The translations under genes and the position numbers were made by a program. Shown here piece after piece: positions 1-12,477 of a stretch of DNA of 64,000 bases. The notes beneath the pieces were generated by a model. It made no database searches and had not been told where the DNA came from. It saw only the letters and a program-made list of their open reading frames with translations. This stretch comes from Pavona decussata. Its lineage: Eukaryota. The stretch lies in the NCBI GenBank assembly GCA_977016875.1, contig CDRNST010000326.1:248001-312000 (forward strand), given 5' to 3'. The stretch's first letter is position 1; each line of letters begins with the position of its first letter.

Positions 1-33
1 AATTTTACAGTATATAAACGATGCTTGATTAAA

Positions 34-76
34 ATCCCCTAAAGAGTGAGAGATCACGAAACAGGCTTGTCGGGAT
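34..76 (+). ncRNA. Type I hammerhead ribozyme motif (core G5>A variant), Penelope pLTR type
   Basis: Reads ATCCC-CTAAAGA-GTGA(GAGA)TCAC-GAAA-CA(GGCT)TG-TC-GGGAT. Stem I 34-38/72-76, core CUGANGA seen as CUAAAGA, stem II with GNRA loop, GAAA, short stem III, GUC cleavage triplet 69-71. Confidence 0.75.
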
Positions 77-177
77 GAAAGTGTTGTTTTTTTTCTATAT
101 TTTGTATATTCTAATATATGTACAGTTAAAAAAAGTCAAAGGACAGAAAACGTTTGGAAGCTAAAAAATAAAAGTAT

Positions 178-216
178 ATTTAGAAACGTTTCGGTCTTAG
201 ACCTTCATGAGTTTAC
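178..216 (-). ncRNA. Degenerate minimal hammerhead ribozyme motif downstream of the Penelope ORF
   Basis: Minus strand reads CTCATGA-A-GGTC(TAA)GACC-GAAACGTT, about 140 nt 3' of the GIY-YIG ORF. Stem I is poor and core G5 is C. Confidence 0.55.
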
Positions 217-348
217 AGCACATGGATAACAATTAGGTCTTAGACAAAAGCCTCAAATGAGGCCACTAAACAAACAAGTTCTAATAGCATCCTCATGAAG
301 CCCTTGAGTTCATTCCAAGTCTGCAGAAAAAGAACTAAACCAAATGAC

Positions 349-800
349 TCAAGCGGTCGGTTGATTGTGGGTTATTTTGTTCCTGGAGTGGAATTCTTGC
401 CTTTTGTTAAGGCTAAAACGTGCTAATGAGAAAAGTTGCGCATTCCAGTAAGCTTCCTTTGTGATCAAAAGTTTAACCAAATTCTCGTTGGAATCGGTAA
501 CAAACACCTGATCGAAACACTGGAAAGAAAAGTCGCTTAAGGCATGCAGACTATTATAAAAATGTACCGCGACTTCACAGGTTTTCTTGTTCGTTGCCAT
601 TGATGATTTATGGCTGCAAAATCTGACCTTGACTTGCATTGCCGTTGAACCAATGTATTGTAAGCGACATTTGTCACAGGAGGCAAGATAGATTACATTT
701 TTTGAATCACACGACAGTTTTGATTTGATGTAGTATTTTCTATTGGTTTGGAAACTCTGAAAAAAATTTGATTGTATAATATGAGTACAACGCTCGCTAA
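349..800 (-). pseudogene. Penelope-like element GIY-YIG endonuclease C-terminal fragment
   Basis: SCDSKNVIYLASCDKCRLQYIGST...RF..HKS...VAVHF...E.YW...L...LN matches the PLE GIY-YIG/CCHH pattern. 5' truncated, no RT. Confidence 0.85.
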
Positions 801-1286
801 AGACGGTCCGCCATGTTGCACTGCGAGGATCAAGTTCAGGGACCATCAACCTCAACAGGCCTATTGAATGCGGATAGATCCGATAGAACGGAAGATAAGC
901 AAGCAGCTCTTTGCTTTAATCTAAAATATTTACGGTAATCTGTATGCCATATTTTTATCGTGCATTAACATTCAATGTATGGTAGCGATACAAATAATTG
1001 CTTATTCTACGCGTGTATGAATATTTCAATTTTCATCACTTGAATTTTCAAGGAATGATAACTCAGTAACTGCTATAAACTGTTTGGCTTTGCCTAAAAA
1101 TATAGTTTCTCAATATATTTTTGTGGCTGTAGGCTTACTGGAAAAACATGTTCATGCACGGCTTAGATTTCTTGCTGTTTCTAGGATTTGACTTTGAGAC
1201 AGATTCTAAGACTAACGAGTAATTGAGCTTATGCTTTGTTTTGTTGCTTCTGTTTTGTGTGATTATCATCTACCAAAGGGTAGGCT

Positions 1287-1773
1287 TTGACTTATGTATT
1301 AGCCAAATTAGGCCCTATTAAATTCCAAAAATTGAAAGAATATTTTATTTTTGTCTTGTCAGAATTGTTGAACAAAGGGATCTTTGTGGAACCTTATTGT
1401 GAGAAAAATGCTTTGGATGTGGCAGCATTGCAATGTGAGGACCTCAAACCGCTAGAAAGGGAACAGTTAACTGTTGGTCTTGTTCTAGAACTATGGAAGA
1501 AAAAAGAATCTGTCAAACAAATGCAACGGTGGATTACTGCGTTGACTCCAGTGGAACTACAAAAATATCTTAGTGGTGCTACATCACAAAACCTAAACAA
1601 GGCATGCAACGATTTACTGAAAAAATCCCAAAAACTGGTTAAAAATAAAAAGAAAGAAGAGAAAGAATTACTGAAGCAAAGTTTGTTTCATCTGCCTGGT
1701 TCAAATGCATCAATGCCAAAAAAGCAATTAACAATAAGTTGCAATGACCTTTTAAGAATGATGACAATCATTT
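1287..1773 (+). other. Unidentified Lys/Leu-rich ORF fragment cut by the Sola1 insertion
   Basis: 171-aa ORF whose last 9 residues come from the TIR. No motif recognised. Confidence 0.3.
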
Positions 1774-1803
1774 GTGACCTCTCACGCGAAAACGTGCACT
1801 AAC

Positions 1804-2140
1804 GCTTATCCGTTAAATGGATGAAACCGTTTGTTATCCGTTTCCTATCCGTTTAAACGCCTCACGAAAACCGTTTTAAACATTAGCGAATCCGTTTAAC
1901 GTTAACCTAACCGTTTGTAAAATTTTTGCATCCGTTAAAACGGCAAGAACTATCCGTTAATAAAAATTGTAGCATCCGTTTAAACGGGAAGAGGTATCCG
2001 TTAAAAAAATCTTGGCATCTGTTCAAACGTCAAAGCTATCCGTTTAACAACATAGTATCCATTAAAAGGGCGAGAACAGTGTGTTAATAAACAACGTTTT
2101 GATTGCCACCGTTAAAATGGCAAGCACTCTCCGTTGGAGC
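1804..2140. repeat. Left subterminal array of (T/A)(T/A)CCGTTNNAAC motifs
   Basis: About 15 copies of ATCCGTT/ACCGTT, often semi-palindromic (CCGTTAAAACGG, CCGTTTAAACGG). Confidence 0.8.
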
Positions 2141-2944
2141 GAACAGCAGAGAAAAATCGAACGGAAGGTGCAAAGGAGGCGTTTGAGTGGCCACAGAAAT
2201 TATTTGTAATGATGGTCCGATGACTGAGGAGATGTAACAACTGATGAGCATTAAACAACAGCCAGCCAACCTATATTTTGATTAACACTATAAACATTTG
2301 GCTCGACCGGACCGACTGAAAAAAAATGAAATGAATTCGCTTCCTCGCCGTGTTTGTCGCGTTTTGTTTTGGTCTAGTTTGTTTTTAAAAATAATCTATA
2401 AGCCTCCCTAACTATTCCTTCGTTTAAGGGTTTTAATCGCATCGAGATCAAAGTGCATGGCTTTTTAATTTGCAGTGTCCAACTAAATGTAAACAAAACC
2501 GCATAAGAATTATTAATTACAAATATATTTGTCCCTGTTTGCGTGACATGAATTTAGGTCAACTCATATGCGTAATGTGCCCCTTTGTGTACATTATCTT
2601 TTGCACTGCCATCTAAAAGCAAACATACCTGAGTATTTTCCATGATCTGTCACCAGGCTTACATGTAATTCTTTACGTGGAATGCATTACGATAGCAACA
2701 ACAAGTACCGAAACCATTTCACATGTTTATCTGAATTGCACGTGACCAGTAACACGATACATAACTAGCATCAGAGAGAGCGAGATCTGGGTTCGAGATT
2801 ACACGATCCATTTACCTTTTTTGATCCCAATCGGTTCACGATTCGGTGGGAGAGCCCAACAATAAACGCGTTGTCTTGGTAACTACTTAGGTTTTACATT
2901 ATATGGATGTAATCTTCTAGCTCATAATTCGAAAATTCGACAAA

Positions 2945-4696
2945 ATGGAGGAATCAACACGCGAGGTAAATTGCGATCAGGCTGAAAGTCAGGAAGTTGT
3001 AGCAAGAGTTAAAAAGTTTCTTCAGGACGGATGCGGATGTTCCCGAGGCTGCAACGGTGGGCAGTGCTCTGACCAATTTTCCAAGGAATCCATACTTTCA
3101 AATTTATACAGCTGCCTTGAACTCTCACATACAGAGCTCGACTTGGTCATTCTGGCAATTATACAAGCATTTACGAGTATCAAACCATCTGGAGAAAAAA
3201 GGAAGCGAAGTCCAAGATGCAACTTCCTGTACCAGTCGTGAACAATCTGCAAGGATATGATTTTGAACCTGTACGGAATCAGCTACTCGCGGTTTCGAAG
3301 GTTAAAAGAGCATTATGAAAATCACGGCATTTCTCAAAGGACCCACGGCAATAGCAAGAGACTGCCTCACAACACTATACAACAAGCCGTGACTGAGGAT
3401 GTGAAGGCTTTCCTGAACAATTACGTCGAGGAAAACGCTGTCTTACTTCCTGGCAGGATCCCTGGGTATAAAAGCGATGACATTAAACTTTTGTCATCGA
3501 GTGAAACAAAAATGAGCGTGTGGCGCGCTTTCCAAAGAGCATGCAAAGAAACAGATAAACAAGCGGTATGCTACACCAAATTTATTGAGTTATGGCAGCA
3601 ATTTCACCCAAACGTTGTTGTTGCTAAACCAATGACTGACCTTTGTTTCACTTGTCAGCAAAACACTTCGAAGCTTCTCCGATCCACCAATCTGCCTGAC
3701 AGGGAAAAGTCCGATTGCGTTCAAGCTCAGCAAGAACATTTGAACTCTGTGCAAAAGGAAAGAGAACTGTATCGGAAGGTCTGCGAGGAAGCGAAAAGCA
3801 ACTTTGAAATGGTGGAGGACACAATTGAGCTGGATAAACGACATGAGACGTGCTCACTGGACACCACAATTCACTATTCTTTTGACTTTGCGCAACAGGT
3901 ACACATCCCGAGCAATCCAATGCAACCAGGACCAATATACTTTAAAACTCCACGCAAATGTGGTATTTTTGGAGTCATGTGTGAGGCGATACCTCGCCAA
4001 GTGAACTATCTCATCGATGAAGCAAGTGACGTTGGTAAAGGGGCTAATACTACCATTAGTTACGTACATCATTATTTTGAAAATCATGGACTAGGTGAAA
4101 CTTGTGTTCACCTGCAGGCCGACAACTGCTCAGGACAAAACAAAAACAATTATTTTATTTGGTATCTGGCATGGAGAACAATTAATCAGCTGCATCATTC
4201 TATTAACTACTCGTTTTTGATTGCTGGTCACACGAAGTTTGGTCCAGACCGCTGCTTCGGAATAATCAAACGATCTTACAAAGTGAACTTTATATCGTCG
4301 ATATATGAATTAGCGAGGATGGTGGACTCGTCGAGCACTATTGGAACCAACAAAGCTCATCTTGTGGGAACACACAACGGAAGAGTTATTGTCCGGGCAT
4401 ACAAGTGGGCATCATTTCTTGAACAGTACTTCAACAAGATACCAAACATTAAAAAGTACCAACACTTCCGATTCACTAAAGATGAGCCTGGCAAAGTGTA
4501 TTTCAAAGAGAGTAGCTCATCTCCTGAACAATCCCAGATGCTCCTGAAGAACCGTGCAATCCTGCCTCCTGCCACACTGCTTCCACCCGAACTTCATCCG
4601 GATGGACTGAGCCAAGAAAGAAGGCAGTATCTTTATCGCGAGATCAGACCATTCTGCAAGCCGGGAACGGAAGATCTTGTCGCTCCAACGCCATGA
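2945..4696 (+). pseudogene. Sola1 DDD transposase (~583 codons) with one in-frame stop
   Basis: ORFs 2945-3241 and 3257-4696 share a frame and are separated by TGA 3239-3241. Motifs SFDFAQ, IYFK, DNCSGQNKN, GHTKFGPDRCFG; Cys-rich N-terminus. Confidence 0.85.
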
Positions 4697-5147
4697 ACTG
4701 TAATTCAAGTTTTCATCGTATTTGTAATACATGTAAAATTTTCAATGAATTTGTGATCAACTTTGCGCAATTTCCAATTTTTCTTGTTTTCTTGTGATAA
4801 TTATGGGGCAAGTTGAGGTTCATTGTTACAATTTTCACTTGGGGCAAGTATAAAATACCACGTATAGTTTTACAGTTTTATTAATGTACATTTACTTAGG
4901 ATAATTAGTAAAAGTAAATAAAAAAACGATGGACCAAAGAAAAATTCCGTTTTTTTTTTTTTTTTCTTACTTCAAAAAGGGACGAGGAAGAAATAGTCTG
5001 TCGGTTTAAAAAATATATCTTTAGTTCTTTTTGGTGTAGTAATCGTCACAGTTTATTTTAGGCGCCGTAAACTTTTAATTATTTAGTTCTGCAAGGCAAA
5101 GTTCTTTCCGCAAACGCCAGCGAGTCCAGAATTAATAGAATGTACCT

Positions 5148-5698
5148 ATGAGCTTTGCCCCGCCAAAAGATGATTCTCTTGTCGTCGTTCAAGATCTGCC
5201 GCATGACCTGTCAACAATTGACGTGGAGGCTTTTGCAAGTCTGGGTACCGGTGTCGCTGCCAGTCCTTTACCTTTGGCCAACACCACCGGTCCATTGTCC
5301 ACACCAGACAGTCCCGCTACACCTGCACCATATGCTGTAAACACCGCCGATCCAGTGTCTACACCTGTCGGCGTAGACCTTATCCGAGGCTGTGTCACCC
5401 CACGGAAAGTGCAGGGCATCCAGAAAGCTTTGGAAAAGGAACAAGTGCGGCACAAGTGTGCACTCAAGCTACTTCCATTTTTTTCACGAAGAAAGAGCTA
5501 ACTAAAAGCAACACGGATGGATCTCACGGGAAAGAACGTTTAGATGCCAATAAACTAAATTCGCTTAAAGTGCTAATTTTCAGTAAGTTCCCCGTTGACT
5601 GTCCAGTTGAAAAGGAGAAACTGTGGCGAAATATTAAGGGCAGGATCAATTCAAAGTGTCGGGCTAAAAAGTTTGCTTACACGGGGAGGGAAGATTAA
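5148..5698 (+). pseudogene. BEN-domain protein carried inside the Sola1 element (frameshift ~5480)
   Basis: Pro/Thr-rich linker, then ALKLLPFF/FTKKELTKSNTDGSHGKERLDANKLNSLKVLIFSKFP..WRNIKGRINSKCR, the BEN pattern. Frameshift in a T-run. Confidence 0.75.
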
Positions 5699-6829
5699 AA
5701 AGAAGTGATGTAACGGAAATTATGTAACCATTGATGTTAATTCAAGGGCGTGCTAGTACTGTAGTTTTTAATCAACTGTTTGTAAATAAAGTAAGAAGAC
5801 TACTGAAAAATGACTCGTTTTCTGCGTAGGGTGCTGTTGTTGAGGTCTGGGTTACTGGATCAGATAAATTAATTTATATTCAGAGAGATCTTTATTTATC
5901 CAGTCCAATTACAGTTTCATGGCACGATATTTCTATCACTATTTGGGAAATCATATACAAAGTCTTAAGCGAGTCTCGGTACGGGTGTCAACGGCTCAAA
6001 ATTCCAAATAGACGTAATCGACATCAAAACAATCCATATGACAAAAAAGCATGTGCATAATTCTCTGTAAAGTATGTAAGCATCGGAGTATTATAACTTT
6101 CCTTCATGCTTCAGACAAGTGAATGCCGCTGGTTAAAATGAGAAGGAAAAGGAAACGCGACTAGGTTGATAAAACCAATTTTCATTAAAATGCTAGCGGC
6201 AGATGTCTGGGACTCGGGGACATGTAGTCCAAGAATCCCTAGAGGATTGCTAGTGTCAGGAAACACCGTAGAACTTCGGAATAGTGTTTCTTTTTAGATT
6301 CCTACTCTCTTGTAGATGCCACGGTGATACAAATACAACTTTTTACGCGCAGATTGGCTGTTTTTATAAAACTGATTGTCTTGCGTTACTTGTCACGTGT
6401 TTTGAAACTCGTATGCAAATTTTCGCAAGGTTGTTACGTGCAATATTCCACGCGATGATTTGCACTATCACTTGTTTCTCTTTCACCTGTAAATTCATTT
6501 TCTCACTAGTAAAATTAACAGTTTTAAACTTTGTGCGTTTCGCGTCTTGAAGTGTTCTTTGTTTATATCAACGAGTATCCATTGGAAACCTTCCGGGGTG
6601 ATGAATTATTTGATGCTGGGATGCCTGCGATCTTGCAGACATAATTATTCATTCATCCGATCGTGCTTTGTTTTTGTGTTACTGTTCCGGCCATGACAAA
6701 CTTTTCAACCGCAAGTAGTAACTTGTTTGCTGTAAGATGTTATGATAATACGTAGCTTTTGGCCAATTCGTTTTTCTAAGCCGATTAAAAGCGCTACCTC
6801 GTTGGAAGGTTTAGTAGATTTCGCTAAAC

Positions 6830-7172
6830 ATACCGTTCTATCTTGAGTAATATCCATTCGCCCATTTCGCGTTAAATAGTTCAATCTATCCGTTCAAACG
6901 TTTTCGCTAACCATTCAAACAGTTCAACGTATCCATTCGCAGATTTTCGCTAACAGTAAACGCTTCAATCTATCCGTTCGAAAATTTTCTCTAACCGTTT
7001 TGACGCTTCAATCTATCCGTTCAAAAATTTTCGCTGACCGTTCGAACGGTTTTTACAAGCCGTTTGCGGATATTCATTACCCGTTTAAACGTTCTGTGAA
7101 ACCGTTTTAACGCTTTCAAAAGGCGTTTTCTATCCGTTTACTATCCGTTCGTTTTCACCCATTTAACGGATA
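6830..7172. repeat. Right subterminal CCGTT motif array with ~40-bp tandem units
   Basis: Repeated TTCAATCTATCCGTTC..AATTTTCGCTAACCGTT units. Confidence 0.8.
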
Positions 7173-7359
7173 AGCGTTAGTGTACGTTTTTGCGTGAGAG
7201 GTCACATTTGCTAAATTTTTTGTAATAACAAGAGATGATACTGTTTGCTTTTAAAAGTGATCACCATGATTGAACATATTAGGTTAGTCATGATGGTTAG
7301 GCCAGAGTCCAGTGCAGCCTTAACTATTTCATTTGTACATTATAAGCCCCAGCATCAAT

Positions 7360-7652
7360 ATGGAATATTTGGCACAAATAGGATTTTTATGTTCCATGCC
7401 GATTCAAGTGTATTTTCTTAAGTTGTAAGCCACCTTTCATCTTATCTCTTATGTAACAATATCTTTGCCATTTGGAAATCATTTTTCCATCAATTAAATC
7501 TTAAGTTACAATTCCATATACATTTTATCTGGTATATTATCTCAGAGAGGCCCAGTCAGGCGCCAAGGATGGGCCACGTTATATTCCCATCTGGCTATCT
7601 TTCCACTGCCATTCTGACTTGACGTCTGACAAGTGCAGTTTTTTTTTGAAGG
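7360..7652 (+). repeat. Split direct repeat A1
   Basis: Near-identical to 16814-17106 (ATGGAATATTTGGCACAAATAGGA...GACAAGTGCAGTTT). Confidence 0.9.
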
Positions 7653-7719
7653 TTTTGCAGCAGTTTTCATTTCAGGTACGTTGTTTTGTTTTTCTAAATA
7701 TTCTACGTCGACTCGTGAA

Positions 7720-8300
7720 ATGGAGAGCATTCCCACAGTTCTCATTCTCGGTCATTCTTTTGTAAAACGCCTAAAAAATGATCTGGATAACAACTTTGAT
7801 GTTCGGGCCACAAGTACCTTTGGTCTTGTTGGCACTGCGGAGGTTCATTTATACGGGATTGGTGGACGTACGGTTGAAAAAATAAAATCTTATGATTTGC
7901 CAGTGGTTCGCCAACTCATGGCAGAAATCATCATTTTAGAAGTCGGCACAAATGATTTGACCTCAGTCGCTCCCGAAATTGTTGGTTCTTCTATCGAAGA
8001 TCTTGTTGTGACTTTGAAATGCATTTCTTTGGTTGCGGTGGTGTGTGTTTGCCATGTTATACCACGTGGCGAATCTACGCTTCGTTCCCTGTTTTTCCGG
8101 GACCGCGCTAGGGTTCTTCAGCAATACCTTGATGTTGTGCTGGACCCTTTAGAGTGTGTCTTCCCTTGGCGCCACAAGGCTTTTACAAGACCGGCCAAGA
8201 TTTTTATTTGAGGGATGGAGTCCACCTTAATGCCCGAGGCCAATACTTGTTGTACCGCAGTTATCGCGGTGCCATTTTAAAGGCCTTAAGCTACTTGTAA
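7720..8300 (+). pseudogene. SGNH/GDSL hydrolase of the Ngaro element (frameshift ~8205)
   Basis: Blocks ILGHSFV, GIGG and VGTND; after the frameshift GATGGAGTCCACCTTAAT encodes DGVHLN. Confidence 0.85.
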
Positions 8301-8627
8301 ATACTTAGTTCTGAAGGCAGATGACTAGTTCGATTTGTTCAACTTTGTTCATGCTGGCTTTTCCTATTGTCAGCTGGTTTTTGCGTTACATTGTTTGATG
8401 AGGGCGGTTTGGCCTTCAATTTCTGTAAGGACGTGTGGTTTGTTTTAACTTTCGTCCTCGTTCACGTTTCTGTGTCATAGGGACAGGCCGCGAATTGCGT
8501 CGACCATTTTGGTCTGACATGGCTTGGTCCCGTGGTTTACTTCTATTGATTTGCCGTCAACACTTTGCGTCCCCCCATCCCCCCCCCGTCACTTGTCTTC
8601 TGTTTCTTTATTTCTCTTAGGTTCATT

Positions 8628-9729
8628 ATGCCTCGCGTATCAGCTAGACTTCAAGGTAAACACTCTCAGAGTGAGGTGGTGAATAGAGCTGCACCCAAAC
8701 GGTGCCGGCAAAATGAGACACTGGGTCGACCACACAGCACTAATATTGCAATTAGCACCAGCGACCTTCCGTCAACGTCATTTACCGATGACATGATTTC
8801 ACGCTTGGCTGATGCCGTCACGCAACGCCTTCGACAAGAGCAGTCCCTGCCTTCGTCATCAACACCTATGTCGACTAATACCTTTGTCAGGGAGATACCT
8901 GCAGCATCTCCTTCCATTCCTCCATGTCCGCCAAGTACTTCCATTTCCAGTTTGGAGAGTGCCGTGCAATCTTCAGTTGTGGCCGCCCAACCAGCATTCT
9001 AACCAGGTGAGCCGTCTGATCCTTTCATCTCCTCGAGTCTGTCTATTGACGCTCGCGTCTCTGAAAGGTCCGTACCAAAATCTGGAACCACGAATATGTT
9101 GACTTTGGTTCCCTTCTCGTTAAGCCGGCTACGCAGAGTCGTTATCAAGTAACTGTTAGTAGCGCTGAATCGGGTCAGCCTCCTTCGCTTTGTTTGGAAC
9201 CGGCCAAGAAACCACGGAAGATTCTTCTATTGAATCCTGGTTGAGCGCTTTTCATGTATTTGTTGGGGTTTATACTATGAAATACCCCACTGAGTCTCAA
9301 GCTCTTGTGAAATATGGTTCCATTATTCATGACTTGGCAGCCAGGGATCACAATTGGCGCTTCTATAACGAGAATTTTCAGTTTATTCGTCAGTCCCATG
9401 TTTCTTCACTCCCGTGGGGCACGATTCATAGTGAGTTGTGGCTTCGATCGCATTCTAGCACCTCAGCCAGCAAATCACCCACATTCGGGATTACATCGGG
9501 TCTTAGAGGGAAGGCCGATCGTGGAATTCCCTTTGGTTTTTGCTTCAAATTTCATCGTGGTTTGGTTTGCTCCGGCAGCAATTTCAGACATACCTGCTTT
9601 AAGTGTAACGGTGATCACGTAGGCACAACTCGTAATTTTCGTGCCTCAGGGAGTACCTCAAGCCAGCCCGCCAACAAACAACCCCTGTCTGCCAAAGCAA
9701 AACCTACCAACCCAAGTTCGAGCCGATAG
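8628..9729 (+). pseudogene. DIRS/Ngaro Gag-like ORF1 (frameshifted)
   Basis: SIESWLSAFHVF...Y...I..LA....W..Y.E.FR; C-terminal CFKFHRG..C...FRHTCFKCNGDH zinc motif. Confidence 0.8.
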
Positions 9730-10501
9730 ATTCATTTTTCTTCTTGACGGGTATGACCATTCGACTGTCGTGTTCTTAAGGTTTGGTTTTACTGACGGGT
9801 TTCCAATTCATTTCAAGGGCGATTTTACTGCCATTGATTCTAAAAATTTGGCTTCGGCCATCCAACAGCCCTCTGTCGTTGAGGCAAAGCTTGTTAAAGA
9901 AATAGAGGCCGGCAGAATAGCAGGTCCTTTTTTAGCTCCTCCGTTTCCACAATTTCGCGTTTCCCCTCTCGGGGTTGTTCCAAAGAAAGTCCCCGGTGAA
10001 TTTAGATTAATTCACCATTTGTCCTACCCCAAGGGATTGTCCGTCAACGACGGCATTCCCAATGAATATACCTCAGTTTCCTACGCTAATATCGAGGATG
10101 CTATTCGATTCATTAAAAAAGCAGGTCCTGGTTGTTTTCTTGCAAAAACGGACGTACAAAGTGCTTTTCGCATAATACCGATTAACCCTAAAGATTACCA
10201 CCTACTCGGAATACGTTGGAATGGCCTTTATTTCTATGACCGTTGTATGCCTATAGGTTGTTCCAGTTCCTGTCGGACATTCGAAACCTTGAGCATGGCA
10301 GTTGAATGGATTGCCCGTACTAAGATGAATATAGACTTTATCCTGCATCTTTTAGACGATTTTCTTATCATAGCTCCCTCTTATGAGTCCTGTTCACAAC
10401 AACTGGACTTATTTCTGCGCCTGTGTTCTTATTTGGGCATCCCCATGGCACCGCAAAAAACAGTTGGTCCATCGACCACTTTATCTTTTGTAGGTATTGA
10501 A
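9641..10501 (+). pseudogene. DIRS/Ngaro reverse transcriptase, 5' part
   Basis: SPLGVVPKK, FRLIHHLS, KTDVQSAFRIIP, MPIGCSSSC, HLLDDFL. Interrupted at FVGIE. Confidence 0.92.
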
Positions 10502-11614
10502 TATTGAATTTGGGCATCATCAGAGTGAAAGAGAACATAATTCCTAACTGCACATCTAGTGGAAGCGAGGTGAAAGCTTGTCTTCACTTACGACACGCTT
10601 ACATTTAATTTCAATAAGGAAATACTTACTGTTTAACGACTGAATGACTCTCTGCCGCAGCTCAGTCCTTCCTTTAACACACTTACAAGCAAAAGAGGAA
10701 TGCCCACAACTGGATGTCTGCTTTTCTTTCAAACTTGATACGAGTGTTGCCACCTATTATACCAACCACAGCGAGATCCCTTCTGCCGGAAAAGGTTTTA
10801 AATGAACTAAAATGCTTGCAGTGAGAAAATCTCACATACGGAAGTTTTTTAATTATTACTTTCTTTTTTAGTTTTCGCCTGGTTTTTGTTTGGAAATGCC
10901 AAGCGAATTAAGCGTCAGGAAATTTTTGCTATGCCATGGCAATGCTTTCGATCATACAGAAAGAAAAGGTAGTAGAGGCACAGTACTAGCTGGTACTATG
11001 ATTGTGTTAAAATTGCTCAACTGCTTTAAGGATTTCATCGACACGGACATTAACAGAAGAGGCCCTAGTTGTGTTCGACCACTTGTGATTTCCGGCCAAA
11101 TCAAAATCTTTTCTTCAGTTAAATTTTGCAGATCTCCTAAGATATTGTGTTACTAAGCCGGTCTAAAACATGAAAAAAAAGTTTTTCTCTTCGGTTACTC
11201 ATTACCGAAGGTTATAGTCCGTCCACTGCGCTACGCGTAAAATATTGGAAATTACATAATTTTTTTGGAAGTTAGGGGAAAAAGATATCCTTATGGAATT
11301 ATCTTATACCTTCAATGAGATGTTTTTACGTATGTGTTACAACCAGGAGCTACGCAGTGACCAGCAACAAACGTCATCGTCAATTTAACCAAATCTCGGA
11401 ACGTATGGGAAGACAAATAAGGATAAAGAATGAAGAAAGACTAATAATTTCTCACTCAGTTAGACTGATGAGCCTACTTGTAAAATCTGCTTGGACTCAC
11501 AAGTAGGTCTGCAAAGAATCAGCGGTTGATTCACGGGTTCATGTCAATGCTGCACATTTGCTTCAACATGCGTTTGATAACGTCGTTCGACGTAACTACC
11601 GATTGGCCTCAATC

Positions 11615-12477
11615 CGCAAAAATTAGTTCCCGCAGAAAAAAACACCCGCAAAATAAAACGCCGCAAAAATTAACTCCCTTCAGTCAAATTTAAAACTCCG
11701 CTTTTAATAGACCTATGCCACTGAAGCGATATACATTGGACTTAAACAAGAACAATAACATGATTTTTCATTGGAAAAAGCAACTAGAGCTGTCAAGCGT
11801 AAAGCAATTCAGTACATTAGATTGTCACGAATGGGTCTAAAGGAACGGACAGACTTGAATTGTGCAGCAGACCAACCATGTTCTAGTGGCGCATCTGCGG
11901 CAGCCTGCACAGAAGTGTAGAAGTTCAACTGAACAAGAGTGTTATTATTATCGACTGAGTCTGTCTTATTGCGTTACAATAGGGCATAGGGGGCATAGTT
12001 AGCAGGCCGCTCCCAGTTAGGTCTCAAAGTTGTATACTAGCTGAAAGACCCTCTGTAGTGCCTAGAAAGGTTTCAGCAACGGTAATTCAAAAATTCATAC
12101 TGCTTTCTTATAAAATTTTATACGGTAATACCGGTTGTGGTAAACCATATTAACGAAACAGTGTTTGGTAGTGCATGGTAGGAGTAGGCTTTTTATGTTG
12201 TTGTTGTTCTTTCCCTTTACACACTAAGGTATTATGTGATATGTCTCCAATATGTAACTAGAACTGAGACTCAATTGGGCGTCCAATAAAAGTTGAAAAT
12301 ATTCAGGTTTCTTCCACTTAAATAATTATTCTGCTGCTTGAACCAGAGCATCGCAAAAATTAGTTTCCACTAAAAATTTCAGTCTTCTCGAAACGCCAAA
12401 ATTTGTTCCCGCAAAACACAAAAAATTGCCAATCCGCAAAATATAAAACTCTCGCAAAATTTTCGTGCTACACGGTA
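11615..12477. repeat. MITE remnant with CCGCAAAA motif clusters, ending ...CTACACGGTA
   Basis: Multiple (C)CGCAAAA(TT) motifs at 11615-11670 and 12352-12462. Left terminus not found. Confidence 0.4.

Larger units (their letters stand above)
1774..7205 (+). mobile_element. Sola1-type DNA transposon, 5.4 kb, ATTT TSD
   Basis: TIR GTGACCTCTCACGCGAAAACGTGCACTAACGCTTATCCGTTAAATGG at 1774 is inverted at ~7158-7205. ATTT at 1770-1773 and 7206-7209 fits the Sola1 AWWT target. Internal Sola-type transposase. Confidence 0.85.

Noticed and set aside
1804-2140. CRISPR or iteron array
   Set aside because: Short degenerate motifs at irregular spacing, adjoining a TIR; better explained as TE subterminal repeats.
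3590-4732. Short overlapping and antisense ORFs on the transposase (likewise on other TE ORFs)
   Set aside because: Shadow ORFs of real coding sequence with no independent support.
5880-6645. Possible third gene on the minus strand inside Sola1
   Set aside because: Multiple stops in all frames tried and no recognisable motif.
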